Assembly: GCF_001194135.2 (NCBI RefSeq)
Contig: NC_068981.1
Coordinates: 133,643,661-133,707,660 of the forward strand
Direction: 5' to 3'
Length of the DNA stretch: 64,000 nt
DNA from: Octopus bimaculoides
Taxonomy: Eukaryota
The notes under the pieces are model-generated. The model searched no databases. It saw only the letters and a list, made by a program, of their open reading frames with translations, and was not told the DNA's origin. Positions 23,757-35,959 of this stretch are shown here, piece after piece (position 1 is the first letter of the stretch; the number at the start of each line of letters is the position of its first letter). The position numbers and the translations under genes are program-made.

Positions 23757-23801
<45 letters not shown>

Positions 23802-24202
23802 AATATGATTACTAAGTACGTTATCAGGAAATTATACTCTGCTTTATGTATTGAGTACAGTTTCTCTTGTTTTAAAATCAAGGTTATAGCATATTCTAAG
23901 GAGCCTAGAATTTTGTTAACGCATTTTCCAAAATTAGATTAAAAACAAACAGGGAGATAACATATAGCATTGGTATTGTAATCCATAGACTGTTCTGAAA
24001 AATAGTGTTACGTGATTACAGAGCATAAATTTTAGACTTCAGTGATATAATAGGTTTGTGAGCATGAAACAGAATATATCTACGAGTGTACATGTAGAAA
24101 ATTATTTACATATATATGAGCGCGTGAGTCTGTGTGCGTGTGTGTGTGTATTTATATATATGTTTGTGTATGTGTGTGTCCGTATAACTGTGTATGTATA
24201 TG

Positions 24203-24240
<38 letters not shown>

Positions 24241-24509
24241 CATATACATTCACGTGCATACAAACATTGGTGTGCAAACGTAGATGCTGGCAATCATGGA
24301 CATACACATAGACACACACACATTCATTCATGCACACACACACACACACACATACGTACATACATACATACATACATACATACATACATACATACAATCA
24401 AACATGCACAAATAGTTATATAAAGTAGATTCTCCCGCCGGTTTCGACGTATAACCAATATTATTAATATTATTGATGATTCGGACAAAAATTTCAAAAC
24501 ATTTCTGTA

Positions 24510-24574
24510 GTTACGGTTAGGGTTAGGGCTTTAGGGTTTTAGGGTTAGAGTTAGGGTTAGGGTTAGTGTTTGGG
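24510..24574 (+). repeat. Interstitial telomere-like (TTAGGG)n variant array
   Basis: GTTACGGTTAGGGTTAGGGCTTTAGGGTTTTAGGGTTAGAGTTAGGGTTAGGGTTAGTG. Confidence 0.85.
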
Positions 24575-24865
24575 ACAAAGTCAAAATTGAAGAATTTGGG
24601 GAGGAAGGTGGTGAAAAATTTAACAATGCCGATTTTTGGCAATTTTTCGGAACCTCCGTATCCGAATACGGGGCTTTCTGGCAAAAGAATTTTAAAAATA
24701 AACAAATTTGAGAGAAAATGGGTGCGGATGGGTGAAAGTCTTTCCAGTGTTTTTGCCCGTGATTTTGAATATGGTATATTTGGAAGCTGACAACAGTACC
24801 TACCAGTTCGATCGTCAGTAGTTCATATATCCGAAAGAGAAGCACACTTGAAAACATTAGAGCAG

Positions 24866-25030
24866 GCATATACGAAGGGTTTCCTTCAGTTTCCACCTAC
24901 TAAATCCATTCACAAAGTTTGGTCGGCTCGAAGCTATAGTAGAAAACACTTGCCCAAGGTGCCACGTCGTGAGACTGAACCCAGAACCATGTGTTTGGGA
25001 AGAAAGCTGCTTACCACACATCCACATACA
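24866..25030 (-). mobile_element. SINE family B, 5' half
   Basis: Reverse complement of the family B head and CORE-like CACCTTGGGCAAGTG. Confidence 0.8.
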
Positions 25031-25387
25031 TACATTCTTATATATGTATGTTAAATATATATNNNNNNNNNNNNNNNNNNNNNNNNNNNNNNNNNNNNNN
25101 NNNNNNNNNNNNNNNNNNNNNNNNNNNNNNNNNNNNNNNNNNNNNNNNNNNNNNNNNNNNNNNNNNNNNNNNNNNNNNNNNNNNNNNNNNNNNNNNNNNN
25201 NNNNNNNNNNNNNNNNNNNNNNNNNNNNNNNNNNNNNNNNNNNNNNNNNNNNNNNNNNNNNNNNNNNNNNNNNNNNNNNNNNNNNNNNNNNNNNNNNNNN
25301 NNNNNNNNNNNNNNNNNNNNNNNNNNNNNNNNNNNNNNNNNNNNNNNNNNNNNNNNNNNNNNNNNNNNNNNNNNNNNNNNNNNNNNC

Positions 25388-25843
25388 CGAGGAAGACCAT
25401 TGCCGACCTTCAGGAACATTGTGCGCTCTAGGACTAACTTATATTTTGCATTTGCGACTCCGTTGGTGGCTAATGAGCCCTGCTCTTGACAAGCATACAT
25501 GACTGCAAACATTGCAGACCAAGCTTTCCCCATTCACTATACGAGCCGTGCGCTTTTGCGCAGCTTGCTTAATTTCTTCATGCTGGATACGTGCTCTCTC
25601 AAAGGTGTCGATCCCCTCCTTAACCTGCTTCCTCCATCCGTGGCGATGACAGGAATTGTTCTCCCAGTCAGTGTCCTGCATATTGAGGCGATGGTGCACA
25701 AGCACCGATTACGTTGGACTGGGACACCTTATTAGAATGAAGGATAGCAGGATTCCTAAGCAGATGCTATATGGAGAGCTTGTGAATGGAAGGAGACTCC
25801 GGCAGAAACCAAGGCTGCGATTTAAGGACTGTGTCAAGTCCTC
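25388..25843 (-). mobile_element. RTE-clade LINE 3' end with inverted 5' segment
   Basis: Minus strand 25439-25678: DTDWENN...GWRKQVKEG...CNVCSHVCLSRAGLISHQR (terminal C2H2). Plus strand 25680-25843: IEAMVHKHRLRW.GHLIRMKDSRIPKQMLYGEL...PRLRFKDCVKSS. Confidence 0.85.
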
Positions 25844-26699
25844 ATATATATATATACATACATATATACACACAATTAATCCCACCCATATACACCAGTT
25901 CAACATACCCACCTATATTTATATTTTTAGACATGCCCACACGTATACCCTTATATTTATATATATACTGAAACGTATGTATATATCTACATATACACAC
26001 ATATCCACACAAAGCTACATACACATATTTTGCTTTCGTAAGCCCCATACACAGGCACAGCTTTAGCTCACATACGCACACATAAAGGCAGTCACACATC
26101 TACACATGTATACGGCATACGTGCTGCACGTACGCACATGCAAGCTACATTTCTCGATACACATAAACACATGCATATGTATTCATATTTTATAAAACAA
26201 TTACAAAACTGGAGGGGGACAAAAAACAACCTAATTAACATGTAAAAACACACGCATAAAAAGAGAGTAATGTTTGCAACAGGGAGAGAAGAGTAAACAA
26301 TAGATGGAAAATAATAAAATGGGGAAGAGAGAAAGGAAGAAGGAAGTAAAATGAGAGAAAGTGGATGAGCTCTTGAGCTTGTGAATTGTAATCAAGGGAG
26401 ATAAATTGTAATTTCAAGAATATTCCTTCGGTTTCTATGCAATAAATACATCTTGCGGGTGGGGTTTATTTTATCTCAACTAAGTAAGTTGGATGTGTTC
26501 CTCGAAGGCATCTTGAGAAGGATTCTGAAAACGTACTAGCAAGACCACATAAGCAATGGAGACATTCTGAAATGAACCTGCAGAAACTCACTTTGCGGAA
26601 TAATTACAAAACGAAGACTAACTGATCACACACTCTGCCTACCAGAACACCATTCTAAAACAGCTTTTAAACAGACTCTACTGAAGGAAGAGAGGAGGA

Positions 26700-27066
26700 C
26701 TGAACACTACATGGTACGGAACATTCATAACCGATATATGGGTAAATGTAAAGACCCCCTTCGGTCACCATAGGATTGCACCTGAAAAGGGACAAGCCCG
26801 GGAAAGGTAGTTTGTAGAAGACCAGCAGTCGCTCATGCATGCCAGCCTTCCTTCTCCATGCCACTGATGTTATCCAAGGGAAAGGCAAAGGCCGATATAG
26901 CTTGGCACCAGTGACGTCGCAACTCATTTCTACAGCTGAGTGAACTGAAGCAACATGAAATAAAGTGTCTTGCTCAAGAACGCAACACACAGCTCGGTTC
27001 GGGAATCGAACTCACAACCACACGATTGTAAATCCCACGCTCTAACCACTGAGCCACGCGCCTTCG
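26700..27066 (-). mobile_element. SINE family C, tail type 2
   Basis: Same head and core as 17903-18140, but with an unrelated 3' body (CCTTTCCCTTGGATAAC...). Confidence 0.75.
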
Positions 27067-27304
27067 CTCACTGATATGAGAAGCCAATATCACATGGCCG
27101 AACGCAGAGAAAACTGCAGTCAACAGAAATTAATGGCGTCAATTTGCAACCCAATGTCCTCGAGAACTCAAGAGGAACTAAACTGAATTGAATTAAATAA
27201 GCTATAACGGACATATCGAAAAGGTTCTTTCACTAACAATTATGAATATAAATCTTGGAGACATTAGATTATTTTATCCAATTTTTGTTCACTTTACATA
27301 ACTG

Positions 27305-27628
27305 GCAGTCTGTCGCTTACGACGACTCGGGTTCCAGTTCCTCCGATCAACGTAACAGCTTGCTCGTGATATTAACGTGCAAGTGGCTGAGCACTCCACA
27401 GATACATTGTACCCTTAACGTAGTTCTCAGGCAAATTCAGCCTGACACAGAATATGATAAGGTTGGTCCTTCTGAATTACAGGTACAACTGATTTTTGTT
27501 CTCAACTGAGTGGACTGGAGTAATATGAAATAAAGTGCCTGGTATAAGGACACAATACAACGCCAAGAATCGAACTCACGATCTTATGACTGAGAGCTAA
27601 ATATCCTAACCACTAATTACGCACCTTC
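27305..27628 (-). mobile_element. SINE family C, tail type 3
   Basis: Family C head and core; 3' body ending GTCGTCGTAA(C/G)CGAC, shared with the 41499 and 42970 copies. Confidence 0.75.
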
Positions 27629-28361
27629 ATCAACACATAGACAACCATATCTCCACGTACGCACAAATAAACTTACTGTCACTCGCATACAAGCAAATAG
27701 TGTTATTCTACATGATTAGCTTTTCTGACAACCTTGTATCTGTAACAAATTTATTGTTGATACACTCTCTGGATTAACACAACCTTAACGTTTGGAGTAA
27801 TTAGCGTCCATACTGTCACATGACTCTAATCGCATGCAATTGTTCATACCGTCACGTGACACATTCATTAGATTACAACGCCATGGCGCGTTTTGGCGAA
27901 ATTACCGTTCATACAGTCAAGTGATCCTAATATGTGTGAGTCTCTGAGAACTAAGCAGATTCTATTCCTGACTACATGGTCATCTTCAACAAAAGTTTAT
28001 CTTAACTGATAGCAATTTGAGATAGAAACGAACGAGTTTTCAAACTTTGGTCTCAAGTGAGATACTTGCAACATAGCTCCACGCTTCTCCATTTCACACT
28101 AACTTTGACGTTCCTGAAATTGTGAACCCAGCGAAGTTAGAGTAACTAGGCCTTCTTGAAGGTTCCAGAGCAATTTAGGCTTCGTTTGTGTGTATGCATG
28201 TATGTATGTATGTGTGTATGTATGTATGTATGTACGTATGTATGTGTGTGAGCGCGCGTTTTTTCATTCCAACAAACGAGATAGTGACGAATGAATGAGA
28301 GAGGAATGGAGAACGTGTTGTAGAGTATATGGTTTATTGAAGCTGAATGTTTCGATTCGAT

Positions 28362-28435
<74 letters not shown>

Positions 28436-28663
28436 CATACATACATACATACATACATACATACATAGACAGATAGATAGATGGATGGATAAGATAGATA
28501 AGTTAGATAAAGCGATAGTAAGATAGGTAGATATATTGTATATATGTGTATATATTGTTTGTATGTATATATGTACGCATGTATGCATTCATATATGTAT
28601 GTATGCCTGTATGAATATGTATGTATGTCTGTATGAATATGTATGTATGTATACGTATATCTA

Positions 28664-28732
<69 letters not shown>

Positions 28733-29698
28733 NNNNNNNNNNNNNNNNNNNNNNNNNNNNNNNNNNNNNNNNNNNNNNNNNNNNNNNNNNNNNNNNNNNN
28801 NNNNNNNNNNNNNNNNNNNNNNNNNNNNNNNNNNNNNNNNNNNNNNNNNNNNNNNNNNNNNNNNNNNNNNNNNNNNNNNNNNNNNNNNNNNNNNNNNNNN
28901 NNNNNNNNNNNNNNNNNNNNNNNNNNNNNNNNNNNNNNNNNNNNNNNNNNNNNNNNNNNNNNNNNNNNNNNNNNNNNNNNNNNNNNNNNNNNNNNNNNNN
29001 NNNNNNNNNNNNNNNNNNNNNNNNNNNNNNNNNNNNNNNNNNNNNNNNNNNNNNNNNNNNNNNNNNNNNNNNNNNNNNNNNNNNNNNNNNNNNNNNNNNN
29101 NNNNNNNNNNNNNNNNNNNNNNNNNNNNNNNNNNNNNNNNNNNNNNNNNNNNNNNNNNNNNNNNNNNNNNNNNNNNNNNNNNNNNNNNNNNNNNNNNNNN
29201 NNNNNNNNNNNNNNNNNNNNNNNNNNNNNNNNNNNNNNNNNNNNNNNNNNNNNNNNNNNNNNNNNNNNNNNNNNNNNNNNNNNNNNNNNNNNNNNNNNNN
29301 NNNNNNNNNNNNNNNNNNNNNNNNNNNNNNNNNNNNNNNNNNNNNNNTATATATATATATCATCAATACCGATTTCACTTTCCAGAACTTTACACCATAC
29401 TACCACATCTCAAACTATAATTACCAACTTTTAAAATCATTGCTAGACAACAAAGTAATTCACCATTACCCACCACCACCAGCACCTATATCTTCAACAC
29501 CTTCACCACATAATATACACAATCATCACCAATACGACCATGACCACCACCACTGCCGTCATCATGAACACTAGTGCTACTGTTCTTTTCCCTTAAAACC
29601 ACGCTTTATAATCACCAACTGAATCATCAGAACTATCATCGTCTTCGCCGCCATTTTCTCTTGAAACTACACACCACAACCAGGTCCGTATCAGTAAC

Positions 29699-29749
<51 letters not shown>

Positions 29750-29803
29750 ACGCACGCTCTCTCTCTCTATCTCTTTCTCTCTATCTCTCTCTATATATAT
29801 ATA

Positions 29804-29871
<68 letters not shown>

Positions 29872-30029
29872 TCTCTCTCTCTCTCCCTCTCTTTCTTCTA
29901 CTACAACCGCTACTATCACCGTTATTAGCAAGTTACCACTATCGCTGCTTAATTGTCTTGCAACATCGCCAGTCAACAAATACACATACACGCAGAAAAA
30001 TTCATTCGTACATGTACATATTCATACAT

Positions 30030-30052
30030 ACACACACATACATTCATACATG

Positions 30053-30086
<34 letters not shown>

Positions 30087-30416
30087 CATACATACATGCA
30101 TGCATACATACATTCATACATACATTCATACATACATGCATACATACATACATGCATACATACATTCATACATACATTCATACATACATGCATACATACA
30201 TACATGCATACATACATACATATATACATATATGCATACATGCATACATACATACATACATTCATACATACATTCATACATACATGCATACATACATACA
30301 CACATACATTCATGCATGCATACATACATACATACATACATACATACACGCATGCCTACATACACGCATGCATACATTCATACATACATACATGGATGCA
30401 TACATACATACATACA

Positions 30417-30450
<34 letters not shown>
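30030..30450. repeat. Degenerate (TACA)n microsatellite
   Basis: Direct reading; TGCA and TTCA variants are interspersed. Confidence 0.95.
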
Positions 30451-31159
30451 CACACACACACACACACTTATCACTATTATCAACACCATGATTATCGATG
30501 TCCATCATTTTCTTGGTGGAATTAATAATGGATGTTCCACCTGCAACTGGCAGATGTCTGAAATTCTACAACTATTTACCATTGTCAGTGTTTGGTGAGA
30601 GGCGTGTCTGCCTTCCAGACAGGAACAATTTAGTTGGCTTTACAGCTTCCTCCAAGTTGTTTTCTCTAATCGCTTCACTACAACGGTATTGTTCGCGGTT
30701 TTAATTGTGGTGCTGCTTGCGGTGCTGGTGGTGGTGCTGGTGGTGGGAGATGTCGGTGCGGCTGTGGACGTTGCTGTTGCTATTAATGCTGCTGTTGACG
30801 ACGATTATGACGATGCTGCTGCTCCTGGTGGTGATGATGATTATGATGATGATGATGTTGATGGTGGTGATGATGATGATGATGATGATTATAATGTTGT
30901 TATATAGCCCAAAGTCATTTCTGATAAAGCCGAATTATAATCACAAGACATTCCAGTCTGGAACATCCTGTCATTTTTTCTTTTTCCTTTTGTTTCTTTT
31001 TCCCTTTATTTATTTATTTTTTTTGCTGTTTTGGCTTGTATGCAAATGCAGTGTACCCAGGAACACATTCAATATGTCTTTTTTTTTTTTTTGAAGACTT
31101 GATTCAAAGGAACTTTCGCTGCTTTTTCTTGCAGATCGGCTGGTCACATACAGGTTCCT

Positions 31160-31606
31160 GGCTGGCAGAATCGTTAACACGCCGGACCAAATGCTTAGCG
31201 GTATTTCGTCCGCCTTTATGTTCCGAGTTCAAATTCCGCCGAGGTCGACTTTGTCGTTCATCTTTTCGGGGGTCGTTAAAATAAGTACCAGCGGTATGCT
31301 GGGATCGATGTCATCGTCTAACCCCCTCCCCTCAAATTTCAGACCTTGTGCTTATAGTAGAACAGATTATTAGTGACTGCTAAGGTGGTGAGCAGGCAAA
31401 ATCGTTAACAAGCCGGACCAAATGCTTAGGGGCATTTCGTCGGTCTTTACGTTCTGAGCTCAGATCGCACCGAAATTGGCTTTGCCTTTTATCCTTTCAG
31501 TGTCAGTAAGTTAAGTACCAGTGTAGTACTGACGGGGTGGTCTATGCAATCGACTGCCCCTCCTCTCAAAAATTGTTGACCCTGTACTAAAATCTGGAAT
31601 CATTAT
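31160..31606 (+). mobile_element. Two head-to-tail SINE family A copies (31160-31372, 31382-31606)
   Basis: Two consecutive family A head-to-tail units; the second is more diverged. Confidence 0.8.
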
Positions 31607-31625
31607 TAAAGACAATTGTGGTAGC

Positions 31626-32451
31626 GGTGGTGACGGCAGTTACTAGTGATGGTAGTGGTAATGGAGGTAGTGCTGGCGTTGATGGTACTGATAGTGGAGA
31701 TAGTGGTAGTGGTGGTAGGGATGGTAGTGGTAGTGGTAGTGGTGGTAGTGATTGTGGTGGTAGTAGTGGTGGAAGTAGTAGTGGTAGTAGTAGTGGTAGT
31801 AGTAAGGTTAGTCGTGGGGATGGTGCTGCTGCTGCTGCCTCCGATGGCGGCGGCGGCGGTGGTGGTGGTGATGGCAGTTACTAGTGATGGTAGTGGCAAT
31901 GAGGTGGTGCTGGCGGTGATGGTGCTGATGGTGGAGATAGTGGTAGTGGTGGTAGTGGTGGAAGTAGTAGTGGTAGTAGTAGAGTTAGTGGTGGTGCTGC
32001 TGCTGCTGCCGATGGCGGCGGTGGCGGTGGTTGTGGTGGCGGCGGCGGCGGCGGCGGCGGTGGTGGTGGTGGTGGTGGTATAGACGTGAAATTCGATTAT
32101 ATGAGCAGATGTTAATGTTGTTACTGTTGTTGTAGTGATGATGATGATGATGATGATGAGATGGAGGTGGAGGTGAAGGAGGAGGAGGTCTCCTCCACCA
32201 TCATCCTTCATCATGGACCACCATTACTTCCACCGTTAATGTTATCAATTCATTATCAATAACCTATCGTCATCGTCATTATCCAAATTCTCATCATTGT
32301 CATCATCACCATCAGTTTCATCATCGCTCTCATCATCATAATCATCATTAGTCTCATTAGTATCATTATTAGTATTACTATTGAAATCATGGTCATAATC
32401 ACTATTATCATCAACTTCATCATCAGCAGCATCATTATCATCATCATCATT

Positions 32452-32488
<37 letters not shown>

Positions 32489-32680
32489 ACTTTATCTTCA
32501 TTATTTTCCCTAGCATCATCATCACCACCACTATCACCATCACCACCCCCACCACCACCCCCATCACCATCAGAAGCAGCCTCACCACCATCACCACCAT
32601 CACCATTATTGTCCTCAGTGATCACAGCAGTCACTGCATGGCTCATTATCAACGTATTCATCATACAAATTTTACAAACT
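31626..32680. repeat. Cryptically simple (GGT/AGT)n then (ATC/ACC)n low-complexity region
   Basis: Trinucleotide-rich, with an internal ~238-bp imperfect duplication. Confidence 0.85.
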
Positions 32681-33132
32681 AACAAGAATTGTGTTTGTGT
32701 TGTTGTTATACTTTAACCATAGGTCGGTCCTGGTTGAAAAGATTTATGGTCGAAGACATTCCATTTGTTTATTTTTTCTATGTGTCTTATTTTTTTTTTT
32801 TTTTTGTAGTTAGACTTACATTATCTAATATTTCCTTGTTTTCGACTGGTTAAGTGGGCATACTTTGTGGGAGAACTTGTTGTTATGTCTAGCAAGTCGT
32901 GTGGCGTTATAGAAGATCCCGCGTTGGCTCGTATAGTAGTTTTGCGTTTTGATTATGGTGGTGGAGGTGATTCTGGTGAATAAGGGAATTAAGAGAAAGG
33001 AGACAGGGTGAATAAAAAAGGATAAATATCAACAATAAAAATAATGAAAACAATAATAATAATAATAAATAGCACTATAAAAGTAAAAACTGATAAAAAA
33101 TAATTATACAAATAATAACACTATATTCTTTT

Positions 33133-33522
33133 ATTTTTTATTTGTTTCAGTTCATTTAACTGCGGCCATGCTGGAGCACCGCCTTTAGTCGAACAAATCG
33201 ACCCTAGGACTTATACTTTGTGAGCTTAGTACTTATTCTATCGGTCTCTTTTGCCGAACCGCTACGTTACGGGGACGTAAACACACATTGGTTGTCAAGG
33301 GATGTTGGGGGGGGGGCACAAACACAGACACACACACACATATACGACAGGCTTCTTTCAGTTTCCGTCTACCAAATCTACTCACAAGGTTTTGGTCGGC
33401 CCGAGGCTATAGTAGAATACTATAGTAGAAAACACTTGGCCAAGGTACCACGCAATGGGACTGAACCCGGGACCATGTGGTCCTGAAGCAAAAATTCTTA
33501 CCACACAGCCACGCCTGCGCCT
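33133..33522 (-). mobile_element. SINE family B, full-length
   Basis: Head GGCGCAGGCGTGGCTGTGTGGTAAG; tail GGCGGTGCTCCAGCATGGCCGCAG. Confidence 0.85.
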
Positions 33523-34023
33523 GTCTATGTAAACAATGCGATCGAAGATAAAAAGAAAAAAGGAAATGGATGTCCCTACAAGCAAATAATATGTAAGTAC
33601 CAGTTGCTGGAATGTGTTTATTATGTAAAAACCGGTGTACCCAATTGCGTTGCTCTACCAAATTTAGCGGCTGCTTTAGCAATGCGTTCATAAATGGTTA
33701 ATGGGTTAGATGTGGTACTGAAGAAGGATCAAAAAGCCCTGCAATATCGATATTACCCATTACCTATTTTCTGTCTTCGATCGCATCATTTACGAAGTCA
33801 TATTTGTATATGAAATGTAACTTTCAGGACTGGTTCTAATTTCTATAGAAAATCTGAAGAGATAATTTTAAAAAGTGATTAAATCGCACTGCTAACATAG
33901 GTAGGACGCAGTGTTGACTTACAAGTCCTTAATATACATGGTAGTATATTATGGTTGCATAGCGAAATACAGTCTCCATACCAGAAATTACTATATATAA
34001 TATATATGACTAAAAGATGATAT

Positions 34024-34900
34024 TGTTACGAACGCCCGCACAGAGCACCTCAATGAAGAGAAAACTCGCGCGCGCGACGATGAACGCTCAGTGAGTCAGG
34101 CTGTTCGCCACTAATAAGCCCGGCCGGAGCACGCAACGATGACAACAAAAAGGAGAAATAACACAGACCATACGTTGCGTAGTCAAGCTAACTTTTTTTT
34201 TCAAAACAAAACAAAACATTCAATAACATAGTACTTGCTTTTGAAATAACACATGTAACAAGAGAGTTTTCAAGCATTTAACAAAGTTTCAGAACTATTA
34301 CAAAGTTTACAATCATTTCACGTAATCATAAAGTTTACAATCAAAGTTCGTGTATCAAGAGTCAATTAAAAAGTTCTTTTGCTTCTTTGTTTTTCTTTTC
34401 TTTTAAAACATGTAACAACAAAGTTCTCTATTTTCTTTTAACAACACAGTTAACAAAATTTCTTCCTTTTTCTTTTTCTTTCTTCTCTTCACAAAAAACA
34501 TTTAACCAAACGCAAGTACATTTTTCTTTAAAAATATAAGCAAACATTTACCGTAACAAATTTAAATCTCCCATTACATCGACAAGAACTGACCAACGCA
34601 GCCCACTACAATCTGCCACTCACTTTTGCCTGCCACAACAGTTCCATCTATCTGTCTCTCTCTCTCAGACTCTATCCATTTCTGCTGACTGGTACCTTCT
34701 GTCCATAGCCTCTCTCTCTCTCTCAGTCTATCTTTCTGCCAGTTTCTATCACCAACTACTCTGTCCATTTGGCTTCTCTACTGGCTGCTGGCCTTTACAC
34801 CGAACTCGCGTTCCTCACCCAATGACTTTGTTTACACCAACTGCGATTCCAAATCTATGCTCCCGTATTTATGACAGATACCGTACCCAACAGTGCTACG
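34024..34900 (-). mobile_element. 3' LTR of a Gypsy-like retrotransposon (~877 bp) with adjacent polypurine tract
   Basis: On the minus strand the PPT GGAGGGGGGAA (34901-34911) immediately precedes (C/T)GTAGCAC, and the LTR ends in CGTAACA at 34024. No partner LTR in the window. Confidence 0.6.
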
Positions 34901-35626
34901 TTCCCCCCTCCAAAGCTGGGTCAGTTTAGTACAGTTCCTATTTGCTATTTTTAAACTTTCGATGACCGGAAAGGGTCAGAGATCACATTCCTACGCTATA
35001 AATAACCGTGCTCGTTGACAGGACAAAGGAAATACCATTGTCCTGAATAACTAGAATACGGTTTCAAACTCAGCTCGTGGATAGGGACATAACGTTATTT
35101 TTGTTTATCGGCGGTCGCATCAATATATAACATTGTATATCATGTAACTATATAACTTTATATAATTATAACACCATACACCACTGGTTTTATATAGTGG
35201 TTTTACGAATGCGAAACTCATTAAAAGAATTAAAACTCCTCTTCATACTTCGCTACATATACGTAGCAAGTTATATAACTGGACAATTTATCGTTGGTAG
35301 TCGTAAAAAGAAGGATATTGCTTCATGAATCGGAGTTTTCCTTAACTAGCAACAATTAAAGACACTATTTTGATGTTCTCTAATTAAACCTTTAAGTATC
35401 TATGGTTCATTGTTATTGAGCTATTAACTGTTATATCTAAATTTTCATCTTTGTGAATTATTTACCCCATAAAAGATGGCGTCGCCACTCAAGTTTGAAT
35501 TGGTGATAACAGATCCTAACTGTTTTTAAGTGTTGTTAAGGTGTTTGTTCTGTAGCTTCGATATGAGAAAAAAACGTTGAAGTAGAATTATGAAAGTGAT
35601 GATCTGAAGAAGATCTGGGATTAATT

Positions 35627-35835
35627 TATATTCTTTACTGTTCTAGATACAAGGCCCGAAATTTTGGAGGAGGGGCCCAGTCGATTAGATCGACCCCAGT
35701 ACGCAACTAGTACTTAATTTATCGACACCGAAAGCATGAAAGGCAAAGTCGACCCCGGCAGAATTTGAACTCAGAACATAAAGACAGACGAAACACCGCT
35801 AAGCATTTTGCCCGTTTCTGCCAGCTCGCTGCCTT
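35627..35835 (-). mobile_element. SINE family A, full-length
   Basis: Close match to 1348-1563. Confidence 0.85.
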
Positions 35836-35959
35836 GGAGATTAATTTATGTTGAAGGCAATAACTAAGGCTATCTTGTACGTGTTGCTAATTTTTCATCT
35901 GAAGTTACTGGAGACTTGTTTCAGCGAAGAACAACATAATATTGAATCAACAGAGAGAC

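Noticed and set aside
30555-30595. Possible 41-bp exon (GGCAG acceptor, GTGAGA donor) encoding CLKFYNYLPLSVF
   Set aside because: Weak pyrimidine tract, no recognisable protein and no partner exons.
29574-30598. 305-aa and other His/Thr/Tyr/Ile ORFs
   Set aside because: Translations of (CA)n, (CT)n and (TACA)n repeats.
32245-32685. Asp-rich, Met-rich and Ile-rich ORFs
   Set aside because: Frames of an (ATC)n/(ACC)n microsatellite.
35471-35490. AAGATGGCGTCGCC as an LTR primer-binding site, YY1 site or start codon
   Set aside because: No plus-strand LTR end immediately upstream, and the reading frame closes after 17 codons.
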